This document shows, piece after piece, positions 1 to 9,194 of a DNA stretch of 50,158 bases (positions within the stretch are counted from its first letter, which is position 1; every line of letters begins with the position of its first letter). Source of the DNA: a candidate division WOR-3 bacterium (GTDB lineage: Bacteria; Hydrothermota; Tepidihabitantia; Tepidihabitantales; JAOUPE01); contig JBDRUX010000004.1 of the NCBI GenBank assembly GCA_039801565.1, positions 1 through 50,158 of the forward strand. Direction: 5' to 3'. The position numbers and the translations under genes were made by a program. A model generated the notes under the pieces. That model ran no database searches. It was not told the origin of the DNA and was given only the letters and a program-made list of their open reading frames with translations.

Positions 1-15
1 AAGGTGGTTAGTGGA

Positions 16-993
16 CTATTGTTTTTTGCTAAAAACTTTTATCGGGATTGACCAGATAGTGGCAGAAAAAGGATTATGGGGATAAAAAAGAGTTTGTGCC
101 GGTATTGCCTCAACCATTATCTGCTTGGTACCTGGCTCGTTGAAAAAAATTTTACCTTGACCAAATCTTGCCCCTTTTGTGATGTTTAACCTTTTATACC
201 CCAATTGAAGAAAATAATAATAAGGGTTGAAGACCGTATCTCCACCTAATGATTTTATTGCTACCGTAATCGTCTCGCCCACTGTTCCGGAAAATAGCGA
301 TTCCAAGGTAATGGTTGAGTCAATATCCATAATAGTAAAAGTATCAGAATCTAAGGTGACTAAATGAATTTTTGTGATACTATCGGACTGAGGGACATTG
401 ATTCGTAACCCACTGAAACCCAGCAGACGATATTTGCCGTTCTCCTTTTTCAGCCGAAGTCGGCGTGCTGACCGCCAAGCATAAATCTTGCCTAACTCAC
501 TGGATTGCAATGGCATTTTTTTAGCCTCGGCTAAACACCAAACTGTATCCAAGGAATCCCTCTGATACTTCACCAGCCATATCGTATCAACACAAGCGAT
601 TGAAATGGTATGAAAAGCATAATCCTCATAAAACACATCACAAAAAGTATCTGATGTGACCCAAAAGAACAAAGAGTCGGAGTGATAGCATAGAGGGATG
701 GTGTCATAAATCCCTTTCAGATGGTAGATCTTAATTAAACTGTCACCTGTATAAGAGATGCTGTCCTGAGCATTTAACTGGGTAAATTCCTGGATTTGCC
801 GTTTTGCCCTGAAGAAATTGCTGAAATTGAACGTATCCTGCCATTGCGCTGTTTCTTTAAAGACTGCAACTGAGTCTTGTTTGGTGAAACTGTCATTACG
901 AAGTTTTCGACAATTCGTTAAAATTAGGGAATAAATTAAAAGTGCTAAAATGAATAGGGGCAAGGTTTTGGTTATTAGCCTTGCCCCTATCAC
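16..993 (-). CDS. Putative lipoprotein, paralogue of 7971-9101
   Basis: GTG start. Hydrophobic N-terminus ending in ILTN-C (lipobox-like). C-terminus IPAQTLFYPHNPFSATIWSIPIKV resembles that of 7971-9101. Confidence 0.7.
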   Translation of the reverse strand: MIGARLITKTLPLFILALLIYSLILTNCRKLRNDSFTKQDSVAVFKETAQWQDTFNFSNFFRAKRQIQEFTQLNAQDSISYTGDSLIKIYHLKGIYDTIPLCYHSDSLFFWVTSDTFCDVFYEDYAFHTISIACVDTIWLVKYQRDSLDTVWCLAEAKKMPLQSSELGKIYAWRSARRLRLKKENGKYRLLGFSGLRINVPQSDSITKIHLVTLDSDTFTIMDIDSTITLESLFSGTVGETITVAIKSLGGDTVFNPYYYFLQLGYKRLNITKGARFGQGKIFFNEPGTKQIMVEAIPAQTLFYPHNPFSATIWSIPIKVFSKKQ

Positions 994-1010
994 TTGGATT
1001 TCCTTTGTGT

Positions 1011-2045
1011 TTAAAAACCAATGTTAAGGGTCAGTCGTGGTGAACCACCTAAATACTCCATCATTCGATAACCAACATCAAGTTTTAAATCAATCCGCTC
1101 TCGAAGTTTGTAAGCCAAGCCTAAGCCGGCACAGATTCCAGTCCTACGGCCAATTTGGCTTGCGTATTCTTCGTTGGTATTATAGATATAACCAGCGCGA
1201 AGGAAGAGAAGTTGTGAAAGACAGTACTCAAACCCAAAGTTAATCGTTTCCGAGATATCAGAGGGATGAACGAGGTCGGCAGCCACTAATAAATAATCTT
1301 TCTCTTCTTCGATAAGATAATAACTTAAGCCAAAGCGGAAAATTGAAGGCAGTGGAGATGGAGTCGTTTTGTAAGAGACGGTTGGGTTAGTAGCCTGAGT
1401 GGAATCGATATAGTCGAGTTGACGTCCTGAGTAAGCCATTTCGGAACCTAAATTGGTCATCACCATCCCTAACTTTAAACTCTTAAAGCCGGTCTTATAA
1501 AAGAGTCCGATATCCATACCGATCCCGTTGGCACTGTTGTCCCAAATCCGTTCTGAAATTCCTTTTGCGGTAACACCAAAAGCAAGTCGGTCGGTAATCA
1601 TCCGAGAATAGGTAGCACCAAAGACAACTTGGCTTGCGCCAAAGGTTAAGCCAGTTCCGGTATCTTCTCGGGCTGGGGTTAAGACATTGTCGGTGGTGGT
1701 GTATCTCATTTCACCCATCGTTAAGGCGGTAGCGCTAAAGGCAACCGTGCCAAAGTTTAGGGGTAAGGCAACCGTAATGAATTCGTGATTGACGTCGGCT
1801 ATCCAATCAATGTGGTTGAATAGAACCTGTCTTGAGCTTAGATACGCCAAACCAGCTGGATTCCAATAAGCCGAAGATGCATCATCAGCGACTGCGGCAA
1901 AAGTTTCACCCATCCCGGTGGCTCGACCAACACCAATCTTTAATACCGGTGCTGCGGTCGTGCCAACTTTGGTAAGACTACCAAAGGCAAATGGGACAAT
2001 TAAAAAAAACGCTAAAGTACTGGAACGAATTTTGAAATTATCCAT
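1011..2045 (-). CDS. PorV/PorQ-like (UPF0164) outer-membrane beta-barrel protein
   Basis: LKIGVGRATGMGETFAAVADDASSAYWNPAGLA motif typical of the PorV/PorQ family. Signal peptide, C-terminal Phe, and SD AAGGAGG. Confidence 0.85.
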   Translation of the reverse strand: MDNFKIRSSTLAFFLIVPFAFGSLTKVGTTAAPVLKIGVGRATGMGETFAAVADDASSAYWNPAGLAYLSSRQVLFNHIDWIADVNHEFITVALPLNFGTVAFSATALTMGEMRYTTTDNVLTPAREDTGTGLTFGASQVVFGATYSRMITDRLAFGVTAKGISERIWDNSANGIGMDIGLFYKTGFKSLKLGMVMTNLGSEMAYSGRQLDYIDSTQATNPTVSYKTTPSPLPSIFRFGLSYYLIEEEKDYLLVAADLVHPSDISETINFGFEYCLSQLLFLRAGYIYNTNEEYASQIGRRTGICAGLGLAYKLRERIDLKLDVGYRMMEYLGGSPRLTLNIGF

Positions 2046-2055
2046 TGCTGCCTCC

Positions 2056-5000
2056 TTAGTGAATTATCGCAAACTTGCCAATTTGATTGCCAACCTTAGA
2101 TTCGACATAGAAGATATAGACACCGCTCGCCACCAGGGCATCGGATTTGTTGAGTAAATTCCAGACTTCGGTGCCACCTAAGTCGTTCGTAATTTTGCTA
2201 TTGGGATCGGTTTTTCTTTCGCTCGATTCCTTATGTTCAATAATCTTGACTAAATCCCCGGCTAAGGTATAGATTCGGATTGTGCATTCATTCGGTAATC
2301 GGGTGAAAGCAATTTGTCGTTCGTATTTACTCTTTTCCCAGCGATTAGTTACAACATAAGGATTCGGCGTGACGATAACATTCAACTTTTGCTTTTCGGT
2401 GCTAAATTTCAGTTCCGCACCAGCGGTGTTGAACTCAAAGACGCAACCAGTTGGTGGTCGAGCAAAGCCTCGGGGCGCATAGAATAACCAAGAGTCCCCG
2501 GGTTGAATCTGATTGCGAAGTTGCCCAATCATCCTTGCATTGGAAGTCTTGCCATTCAAATTAATCGGTTGTCCACAAAGCAGAAGGAATCGGCTTGAAT
2601 CGCGAAGGATGGGTGAAGACTGTTTCCTGATGCCGTCGGAGAATGCCCAGCAATTTGCTAATTTGACATTGTAGTAAAGGGAATCGTGGAAGACACGCGT
2701 GTCGTAACGGTAATCGGCATATGGAATGATAGTATTAGTTGTTAGGTCAATAACTTCAATTGTGAGACTATCGGGTGAACGACCAAGCCATTTGATTTTA
2801 AAGTCAGCACCTCGATACGCCCATAACGCAGTCGCAGGTATCGGAAACCGGACCGCAACACTTTCGGCTGGGTAATTGCCAAAGACCTTAATTGATTCTA
2901 CTGAAACACTTCTACCGGCTGTATCCTGAGGTAAGGTCATCTGAATCACATGCGTCAACTTTAAACCATCAAAGATAGGCGCACCGTAAGATTTTTGGGT
3001 TGCAGTGAGGATGTTATATAAATAGCTACTGCTTTTTAGGACCGTATCAACCTGACCGGCACTTTCGCTTATCACCCGATAGAAGTATTTGGGTAGAACT
3101 GCTGATTTGACAGTATCGCGATACCTTGCTGGTGGACCAGGGTCGGCAAGATATGCCTCTAACCAAGTGACATATTCCGGCATTGGTTCGGTAAACTCAA
3201 TTCGGTATTTCTTGCCGGTGATAAGTGAAGGTTCGACAATTTCGGCCGAAATTTTCACCCCCACTTTGACATTTGTATCCTCTGGAACTTTTACTGAAAC
3301 CGGCAAGGGACTTGGTGGTAGCATATTTACCGGTTCACTTCGTGGAACAACACTATAATATTTCAATCCGCTCTCTAAGGAGAAGGGCGATGCCGATAAC
3401 ACATTATTCGTATCCCGATAAGCCAAAAAGTTATAATCGTAGGCATTCACTGCATAATAATATGTAAAACCATTCGCCACCTTTTCATCAACATAGGTGT
3501 AAAAGAGTCCAGTATCATTGGCAACAGTTCGGATTGATTCTGCGGTTAGCGTATCTTCAAATTGGATACCATCAACAACATCGCATTGCGTCAATAATTT
3601 CCAGTTGATGCCATCTTCGCTCTTATATAATTTATAGCCTTGAAAGTCGTACTGCTTGTAATACGGATTGTAACTTGGTGACAAGGTATCCGAAGTATGA
3701 GCAATTGGATAAAATTTGTCGGGCGCAAGTTCGGAATAATTGTCCCAGGTTATTGTTACTTTTTTATCACCCGGAATCAAACGGACATTGGGCGGTGGTG
3801 GTGGTTCAGGTAAAAGCCAGCCTTTGTCATAAATGAACTGGGCTTCAGCCGCAACTTTGGCTAAAGGCAATGTATCCCGAATCGTTGGTGGTGTGCCACC
3901 CGAACCCGGGAATTCAGCAACGATTACCGCTACGGTAATATTAGCAATCGAATCCGGTGGTAAGACAAACGGGCCTGAACATTGAACAAATCGCTTGTCG
4001 GCTGGTGTCAAATCAACACTATCATAAGGCGAATAGATTCGAGTTCGATAGTCATAACCCGCCAAAGTAAGATACTGGTCAGGGTCTTTGACCGGGTCAA
4101 TATCAATTGAGAACTTTTTGAAAGCAGTCAGACCCAATCTCGTGGTATCACCAGGTCGAACTCGGGGACTTTCCAAGAATTTATAAGCCACTGCACCGGG
4201 CTTGCCACTTTGCCATAGTGAGCCAGGATTTTCTTCGTTGTTGTAGTCATAAGCGAAACCGACATTTTTCACGCGAAAAGTATCGGAACCTGAACCGAAT
4301 AACTTATCCCGAATCATCCCCACCATATCATCGCTATAGTCGCCAATGTCGGGGTCCATAACCACACCAAGAATCATATTTTTTAAGGTATCGCCGGAAA
4401 CATTTTTCACTTTGTACAACAAGAAAAAGATATCCCGATTGGTTGGATAATTCCAAGCATAAACCGTAAGATAAACATCAATTCCTAATGGCTTACCCGG
4501 CTCCGAATGCATTTCTGGGTCGGCATCCGAAAAGCACATCCACATATCACCACCAGAAAAATTAGCAGTCGGCACTAAACCAAGTAATGTATCAAGCGAA
4601 TCCGCAATAAATCGCCGCTTAAAATCAGCACTATTGATATCCCAGATTCCTGGATATTTATAAATCCGGTCTAAAGAATTACCATAACCTTGTTCCTGGT
4701 AACGCGTGAGGGTTGGTACCATTTCGGTACCACCTGAATTTGGGTTATAACCAATCGTGCAGAGAGTGTCCAAACGGGTTGGGTCATCAGGTCTGGGTCT
4801 GAGCGCACCGACCCAAAGTCCAGCCCCGAAGATGTAGAAATTTTTTAAAGGATAAGGCCAAGAGCCGCCAGCGACATCACGTCTTGTGCCAACATCAATA
4901 CCAAACCGACCATCGTTATAAAATGGACAGCGCCAACGGTTGACATCCAACCACTTCTTATCATAGATGCGGGCTGGCACTTCAGTTTTGGTCAAAGTCT

Positions 5001-5121
5001 TTGCCTGAACATTGACTACAACGATACCAAGCAGGATTGCCGCGATAATCTTAAATAGCATTCCATTTTCCGCTTTCCGAATTTTGAATTTTGAATTTTG
5101 AATTTTGAATTTAAACATCAC
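2056..5121 (-). CDS. Large secreted protein with FN3-like segment and T9SS-like C-terminal sorting domain
   Basis: Signal peptide. FN3-like segment PPPPNVRLIPGDKKVTITWD...YYYAVNAYD. C-terminus VTPNPY..FTRLPNECTIRIYTLAGDLV..VASGVYIF. SD AAGGAGG before GTG/ATG. Confidence 0.75.
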   Translation of the reverse strand: MMFKFKIQNSKFKIRKAENGMLFKIIAAILLGIVVVNVQAKTLTKTEVPARIYDKKWLDVNRWRCPFYNDGRFGIDVGTRRDVAGGSWPYPLKNFYIFGAGLWVGALRPRPDDPTRLDTLCTIGYNPNSGGTEMVPTLTRYQEQGYGNSLDRIYKYPGIWDINSADFKRRFIADSLDTLLGLVPTANFSGGDMWMCFSDADPEMHSEPGKPLGIDVYLTVYAWNYPTNRDIFFLLYKVKNVSGDTLKNMILGVVMDPDIGDYSDDMVGMIRDKLFGSGSDTFRVKNVGFAYDYNNEENPGSLWQSGKPGAVAYKFLESPRVRPGDTTRLGLTAFKKFSIDIDPVKDPDQYLTLAGYDYRTRIYSPYDSVDLTPADKRFVQCSGPFVLPPDSIANITVAVIVAEFPGSGGTPPTIRDTLPLAKVAAEAQFIYDKGWLLPEPPPPPNVRLIPGDKKVTITWDNYSELAPDKFYPIAHTSDTLSPSYNPYYKQYDFQGYKLYKSEDGINWKLLTQCDVVDGIQFEDTLTAESIRTVANDTGLFYTYVDEKVANGFTYYYAVNAYDYNFLAYRDTNNVLSASPFSLESGLKYYSVVPRSEPVNMLPPSPLPVSVKVPEDTNVKVGVKISAEIVEPSLITGKKYRIEFTEPMPEYVTWLEAYLADPGPPARYRDTVKSAVLPKYFYRVISESAGQVDTVLKSSSYLYNILTATQKSYGAPIFDGLKLTHVIQMTLPQDTAGRSVSVESIKVFGNYPAESVAVRFPIPATALWAYRGADFKIKWLGRSPDSLTIEVIDLTTNTIIPYADYRYDTRVFHDSLYYNVKLANCWAFSDGIRKQSSPILRDSSRFLLLCGQPINLNGKTSNARMIGQLRNQIQPGDSWLFYAPRGFARPPTGCVFEFNTAGAELKFSTEKQKLNVIVTPNPYVVTNRWEKSKYERQIAFTRLPNECTIRIYTLAGDLVKIIEHKESSERKTDPNSKITNDLGGTEVWNLLNKSDALVASGVYIFYVESKVGNQIGKFAIIH
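5079..5113. repeat. Heptamer tandem repeat (GAATTTT x4 + GAATTTA) in the 5' end of the CDS
   Basis: Read directly from the sequence; encodes KFKIQNSKFKIR. Confidence 0.9.
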
Positions 5122-5148
5122 TGCCTCCTTAAAAATGGTTCAAAGCGT

Positions 5149-7956
5149 TCAAAAGTTCAAGTTGATTCCTAATCGAATCTTTCTAGGCGGACCGTAGTTC
5201 GTGGGCGGATTTTGAATCTCTTCATAAGCCTTGATATAGGCTTCGTATTCTTCCATTTGCGTTAGATAACCGTCGTGATTCTTATCTCTTGCTGGATGGT
5301 AATACAGATCTCCAACTACCATTCCGCCACGAAATTCGCCAGGCGAGATAACTCGTCCGGAATTGGATGGACTACCAGTGGCAGTGTTAACATTAGCCAC
5401 AGTAAGGGCATTGAAGAGATTGGTAATATCTAAGGCGATAGTTAAGCTTAAACCACCCAAGGGAATATCTTTGGCAATTCGAGCATCCGAAGTGAAAGTA
5501 TTGGGATAGCGGGCTGAGTTGACGTCACCAACTTGATTGCCTCGCAAATCAGTTGGAGTATAAGGTAAACCTGTAGCAAATTTCGAAACCGTGTTGATAT
5601 TAAAGTTACGCAACGGAATAAAGATAAAATCGCTTGGAAATGAGAATCCTAAGTCAAATGAAGCCGAGTGGCGTTGGTCGTGGTCAAGTGGATAGTCGAC
5701 TTGAATTGGTGTGCCACCCCGATAATACCAGTCAGTGGCAGTGGCTGCCGTGCCTTTCGCGATCTGGAAAGAGTAACTCAAATTCGCCTGCCAATAATTC
5801 AAAAGTCGCTTGTGAAAACCAACTTCAAACCCTAAAATTCGTCCATATTCGACATTATAATAGGTAGTATAACTCATCGGCAACGCTGGCACCGGTCTTG
5901 TTCCGGTTAAATCAAAGACATCTTTGTAAAAAGCGGTCAAATCAAAACCAAGATAATCGGTCAATTGAGCATCAAACCCAGTCTCATAAGCAATCGTCTT
6001 CTCCGCTTCTAAATCCGGGTTACCAACAATAATATTCCCGCGTCGAATCACATCACCTTCCTTTAGCGCCGTGAGACTCTCATACAAGTTATTAAAGATT
6101 GGGTTCTTAAAGAAGTGACCATAACTGAAACGGAATTTGATTCGTTCGGTTATTGGATAGGAAATCCCCAGCCTCGGCGAAACGCGCAATTTCATCTTCA
6201 CCTTCACCGTATCGCGTCGCAAAAGCGACTCCGGATATACCATCTTCCAGACATTGGCATCCAAATAATCCAGTCGAAAACCACCCCGCAACACTAAATT
6301 CTCAAAATCAGCTCGGTCCTGAATATAAGCCGCACCAGTAATCGGATGATAGGTGTATCCCTCCCAAAATGGATTCGGGTCCCAAGGCAATGAATTAGTG
6401 TACTCGCGCAAAGCATAAAACTTAACATCAAATCCTGCTTTCACCTCATGGATCTTTTGGATATTTTGCGTCACATCCGCTTTCAGATAATAATTCTCCG
6501 TCCCTCGGAAGTGCCAAATCCGATTGTCGCCTTTGCCAATAAAGAGATTATAAACACCGTAAGGGTTATTGTGCCAATACTCGTACTGGTTAAACAGATA
6601 TTTCGTTGTATCACTCCGCTCTTTCAAGACATAAAGTTTCTTGATTCGAATCGCTGGGTCAGCCGGAATCATCTCGCCACCAATCACCGTATCGTTCTTA
6701 CCAAAGACGAAATCCTCGGCTTTAAAATAGAACGGCCGCCAGAACCAATTACCTGGATTTTCGGCTTCTAATTCCTTATCGCGAATTGTTCGCATTAACC
6801 CGGTTTTAAACCAGCCAGTTTTGAAAGTAAAAATTGAAGTGGGCGAGAACATATGGTTTATATGAAAATTCGTCTTATATGACCGCACCCGATTGGCATA
6901 ATCATGATCAGAGTAGAATTTCCAGACCGTTGAATACCTCTGCCATTGGTAACAAGAATTGTGCCCATCTATAGTGAATGTTGTCTTCGGCAATTTCAAG
7001 GTCAATTTGCCCTCTAAGGCATATTCATCACGTGGTGATGGTACCCGATAACGAACCTGAGCATCGGCATCGGTATGGAGTCGCTCGCCTGAGACAAAAT
7101 AACGCAACCGCTTAAGACCGGGTAACGACCCGCCGAACGAGGTCGCCAATTTCGTATAGCCGAAATTATAGTCTTGTTTTGGGAAAAAGGCATCGCTTTG
7201 GGCACGAACTCTCCCTTCCAATCTTTCACCGCCTTCTCTGGTGACAGTTTGGATAATTCCTGACATTGCTTCACCATATTCTGGGTCAAAACCACCAGTA
7301 ATCACAACTACTTCTTTGATTGCATCGGTAGTTGGCTTCGGCGATGACCATAAAGTTCCGTAGATTGCGTCTTGGGCTTGCACCCCATCAATAAAATAAG
7401 CCACATCATCAAATCTGCCACCGCGGATATGAGTCCAACCTGCTCGCTCATTCTGAAATACGCCGGCTTGTAAACCAACCAACTGGGTCAAACTAATCAC
7501 TGGTAACCGATTGAACTCTTCAGCGGCTATTGGTCGGGTTGTCGAAACCGCAGTTCGGATGTACACTGGTCGTTCGGCGGTTATTATTACCGGTTCTTGT
7601 TCAATCGCAGTCTGACGTAATTTAAAATCAACAGTGGTAGTTTGGTCAGGTAGAACCAATACACCAGTAACGGTCACTGGTTGATAACCCACATAACTGG
7701 CGTTCACATTATAAGTGCCAACTCGTACATTCGTGATTAAATAACGACCACTGGCATCAGTTGCCGCGCCCAATTCGGTTCCCTCTACGATTACATTCAC
7801 GCCGACTAAAGGTTCATTGGTGTTGGCATCAACGATTCGACCCGCAATCTTACCGGTTTCCGCTGCATTAGCTGGATTAAAAACAGCGATTAAGAGAAGC
7901 AGAATTCCGATTAAATTCGAAATTCGAGATTCGAGATTGGAGATTCGGTAGAACAT
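5149..7956 (-). CDS. TonB-dependent receptor with N-terminal carboxypeptidase-regulatory-like domain
   Basis: GKIAGRIVDANTNEPLVGVNV N-domain. Plug motif HIRGGR..AYFIDG..GGFDPEYG. Also GNPDLEAEKT and C-terminal PRKIRLGINLNF. SD AAGGAGGTG. Confidence 0.92.
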   Translation of the reverse strand: MFYRISNLESRISNLIGILLLLIAVFNPANAAETGKIAGRIVDANTNEPLVGVNVIVEGTELGAATDASGRYLITNVRVGTYNVNASYVGYQPVTVTGVLVLPDQTTTVDFKLRQTAIEQEPVIITAERPVYIRTAVSTTRPIAAEEFNRLPVISLTQLVGLQAGVFQNERAGWTHIRGGRFDDVAYFIDGVQAQDAIYGTLWSSPKPTTDAIKEVVVITGGFDPEYGEAMSGIIQTVTREGGERLEGRVRAQSDAFFPKQDYNFGYTKLATSFGGSLPGLKRLRYFVSGERLHTDADAQVRYRVPSPRDEYALEGKLTLKLPKTTFTIDGHNSCYQWQRYSTVWKFYSDHDYANRVRSYKTNFHINHMFSPTSIFTFKTGWFKTGLMRTIRDKELEAENPGNWFWRPFYFKAEDFVFGKNDTVIGGEMIPADPAIRIKKLYVLKERSDTTKYLFNQYEYWHNNPYGVYNLFIGKGDNRIWHFRGTENYYLKADVTQNIQKIHEVKAGFDVKFYALREYTNSLPWDPNPFWEGYTYHPITGAAYIQDRADFENLVLRGGFRLDYLDANVWKMVYPESLLRRDTVKVKMKLRVSPRLGISYPITERIKFRFSYGHFFKNPIFNNLYESLTALKEGDVIRRGNIIVGNPDLEAEKTIAYETGFDAQLTDYLGFDLTAFYKDVFDLTGTRPVPALPMSYTTYYNVEYGRILGFEVGFHKRLLNYWQANLSYSFQIAKGTAATATDWYYRGGTPIQVDYPLDHDQRHSASFDLGFSFPSDFIFIPLRNFNINTVSKFATGLPYTPTDLRGNQVGDVNSARYPNTFTSDARIAKDIPLGGLSLTIALDITNLFNALTVANVNTATGSPSNSGRVISPGEFRGGMVVGDLYYHPARDKNHDGYLTQMEEYEAYIKAYEEIQNPPTNYGPPRKIRLGINLNF
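7913..7947. repeat. Heptamer tandem repeat (ARATTCG-like x5) in the signal-peptide n-region
   Basis: aaattcg aaattcg agattcg agattgg agattcg; encodes RISNLESRISN. Confidence 0.85.
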
Positions 7957-7970
7957 CTTTCACCTCCTTC

Positions 7971-9101
7971 TCATTGTACCTTTACGGGTATTTGCCAGAC
8001 CCGTAATTTAAAAGGTGATTTTTTATAAATTAAAGACTGGCGTGGACAGATAATGAAAGATAAGAAATTGATATTCTCAGGATAACCACCTGCGGTCAAT
8101 TTCAAGCGCGCCCCAGCACCAAATGAAGTAAGCGAATAGAATTTATCACAATAAGCAAAGTAGAGGGCAGTATCTTGAGGATTTAGGATTGGATAGATTT
8201 GACTTATCTCCAAGGAATCTTGGGTCGCCCCATAGGAATAGACTGAATCAGGGAACTTATAAAGCCGATGGATTCCATAGTGAATAGTATCCGGACGGTT
8301 CAAAATAGTATCGGCTTTCACTTTATTCTTTTCTTTAACAATTGCTCGGTAATTGTAAGGTGCATCGTCTTCGTTATCGGGAATTCGCGCTGAGGCACCA
8401 CCACTTATCCTTGACAATTTCCAGATGCGTGGCGAACCTTTTTTATCTTCCGGCTCAAAGTGTAAACTTCGCCAAACCTGACCGTCAAATTCTTTAACCA
8501 GAACAATGCTATCTGGCCCTTGAACAAGACTATCATAGACCCAGACGGTCTCGCCACGAATCACGGAATCGCGTAGGAACTGCTTCTTCGCCCACGCACC
8601 AAAGAGCATTAGGGTATCATTACCGATAATTGTATCCTTCAGGTAGCGTCGGACCGAATCGCAACCAATCCTCGCTAAACCCTTAAACTTCGTAATCAAC
8701 TCAACCGTCGCGCTCGTATCGTAAATGAAAACGATATTCGTATCAGTCCTCTTATCCGATAAACTAATATCCAACCAAGCTGGACCATAAGCCTGTTTTA
8801 TCTTAAACTCAAGCGAAGCTACTTCACTATTAGGGAAAACCCTTGTTACTGAATAGCGAATCGTGTCAATTCTCCCCTCAAAATCAAACGAAGACAAAAA
8901 ACCACGCCAAGAAGCACTGGTATCATAATAGACAATTAAGTTTTTGATGCTTGTCGAATCTTGGGAATCGCCGGTCCAAAATTCTTCGGGTGGCAATCTG
9001 CCGCACGAATTAAAAATCAATACCGAAACGACCAAAGCGCTAATCAATAAAACCAGTAATACCCATTTACATACAGTTGTGCCCTTCCTAAAAATACTCA
9101 T
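7971..9101 (-). CDS. Putative lipoprotein, paralogue of 16-993
   Basis: Start moved to ATG 9101 because the upstream part of the ORF call is a hairpin. Hydrophobic stretch followed by IFNS-C. C-terminus CPRQSLIYKKSPFKLRVWQIPVKV. Confidence 0.7.
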   Translation of the reverse strand: MSIFRKGTTVCKWVLLVLLISALVVSVLIFNSCGRLPPEEFWTGDSQDSTSIKNLIVYYDTSASWRGFLSSFDFEGRIDTIRYSVTRVFPNSEVASLEFKIKQAYGPAWLDISLSDKRTDTNIVFIYDTSATVELITKFKGLARIGCDSVRRYLKDTIIGNDTLMLFGAWAKKQFLRDSVIRGETVWVYDSLVQGPDSIVLVKEFDGQVWRSLHFEPEDKKGSPRIWKLSRISGGASARIPDNEDDAPYNYRAIVKEKNKVKADTILNRPDTIHYGIHRLYKFPDSVYSYGATQDSLEISQIYPILNPQDTALYFAYCDKFYSLTSFGAGARLKLTAGGYPENINFLSFIICPRQSLIYKKSPFKLRVWQIPVKVQ

Positions 9102-9132
9102 ATTTTCCGCCTTGTATTTACCAACTTCGACC

Positions 9133-9166
9133 AAGTGGGACGAGTTCCACCGAACTCGTCCCACTT
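9133..9166. other. Perfect 15-bp inverted repeat / stem-loop in intercistronic region
   Basis: aagtgggacgagttc-cacc-gaactcgtcccactt, with no clear U-tract. Confidence 0.8.
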
Positions 9167-9194
9167 CTACTCAAGTTTTAGACTTTGCAATTCC

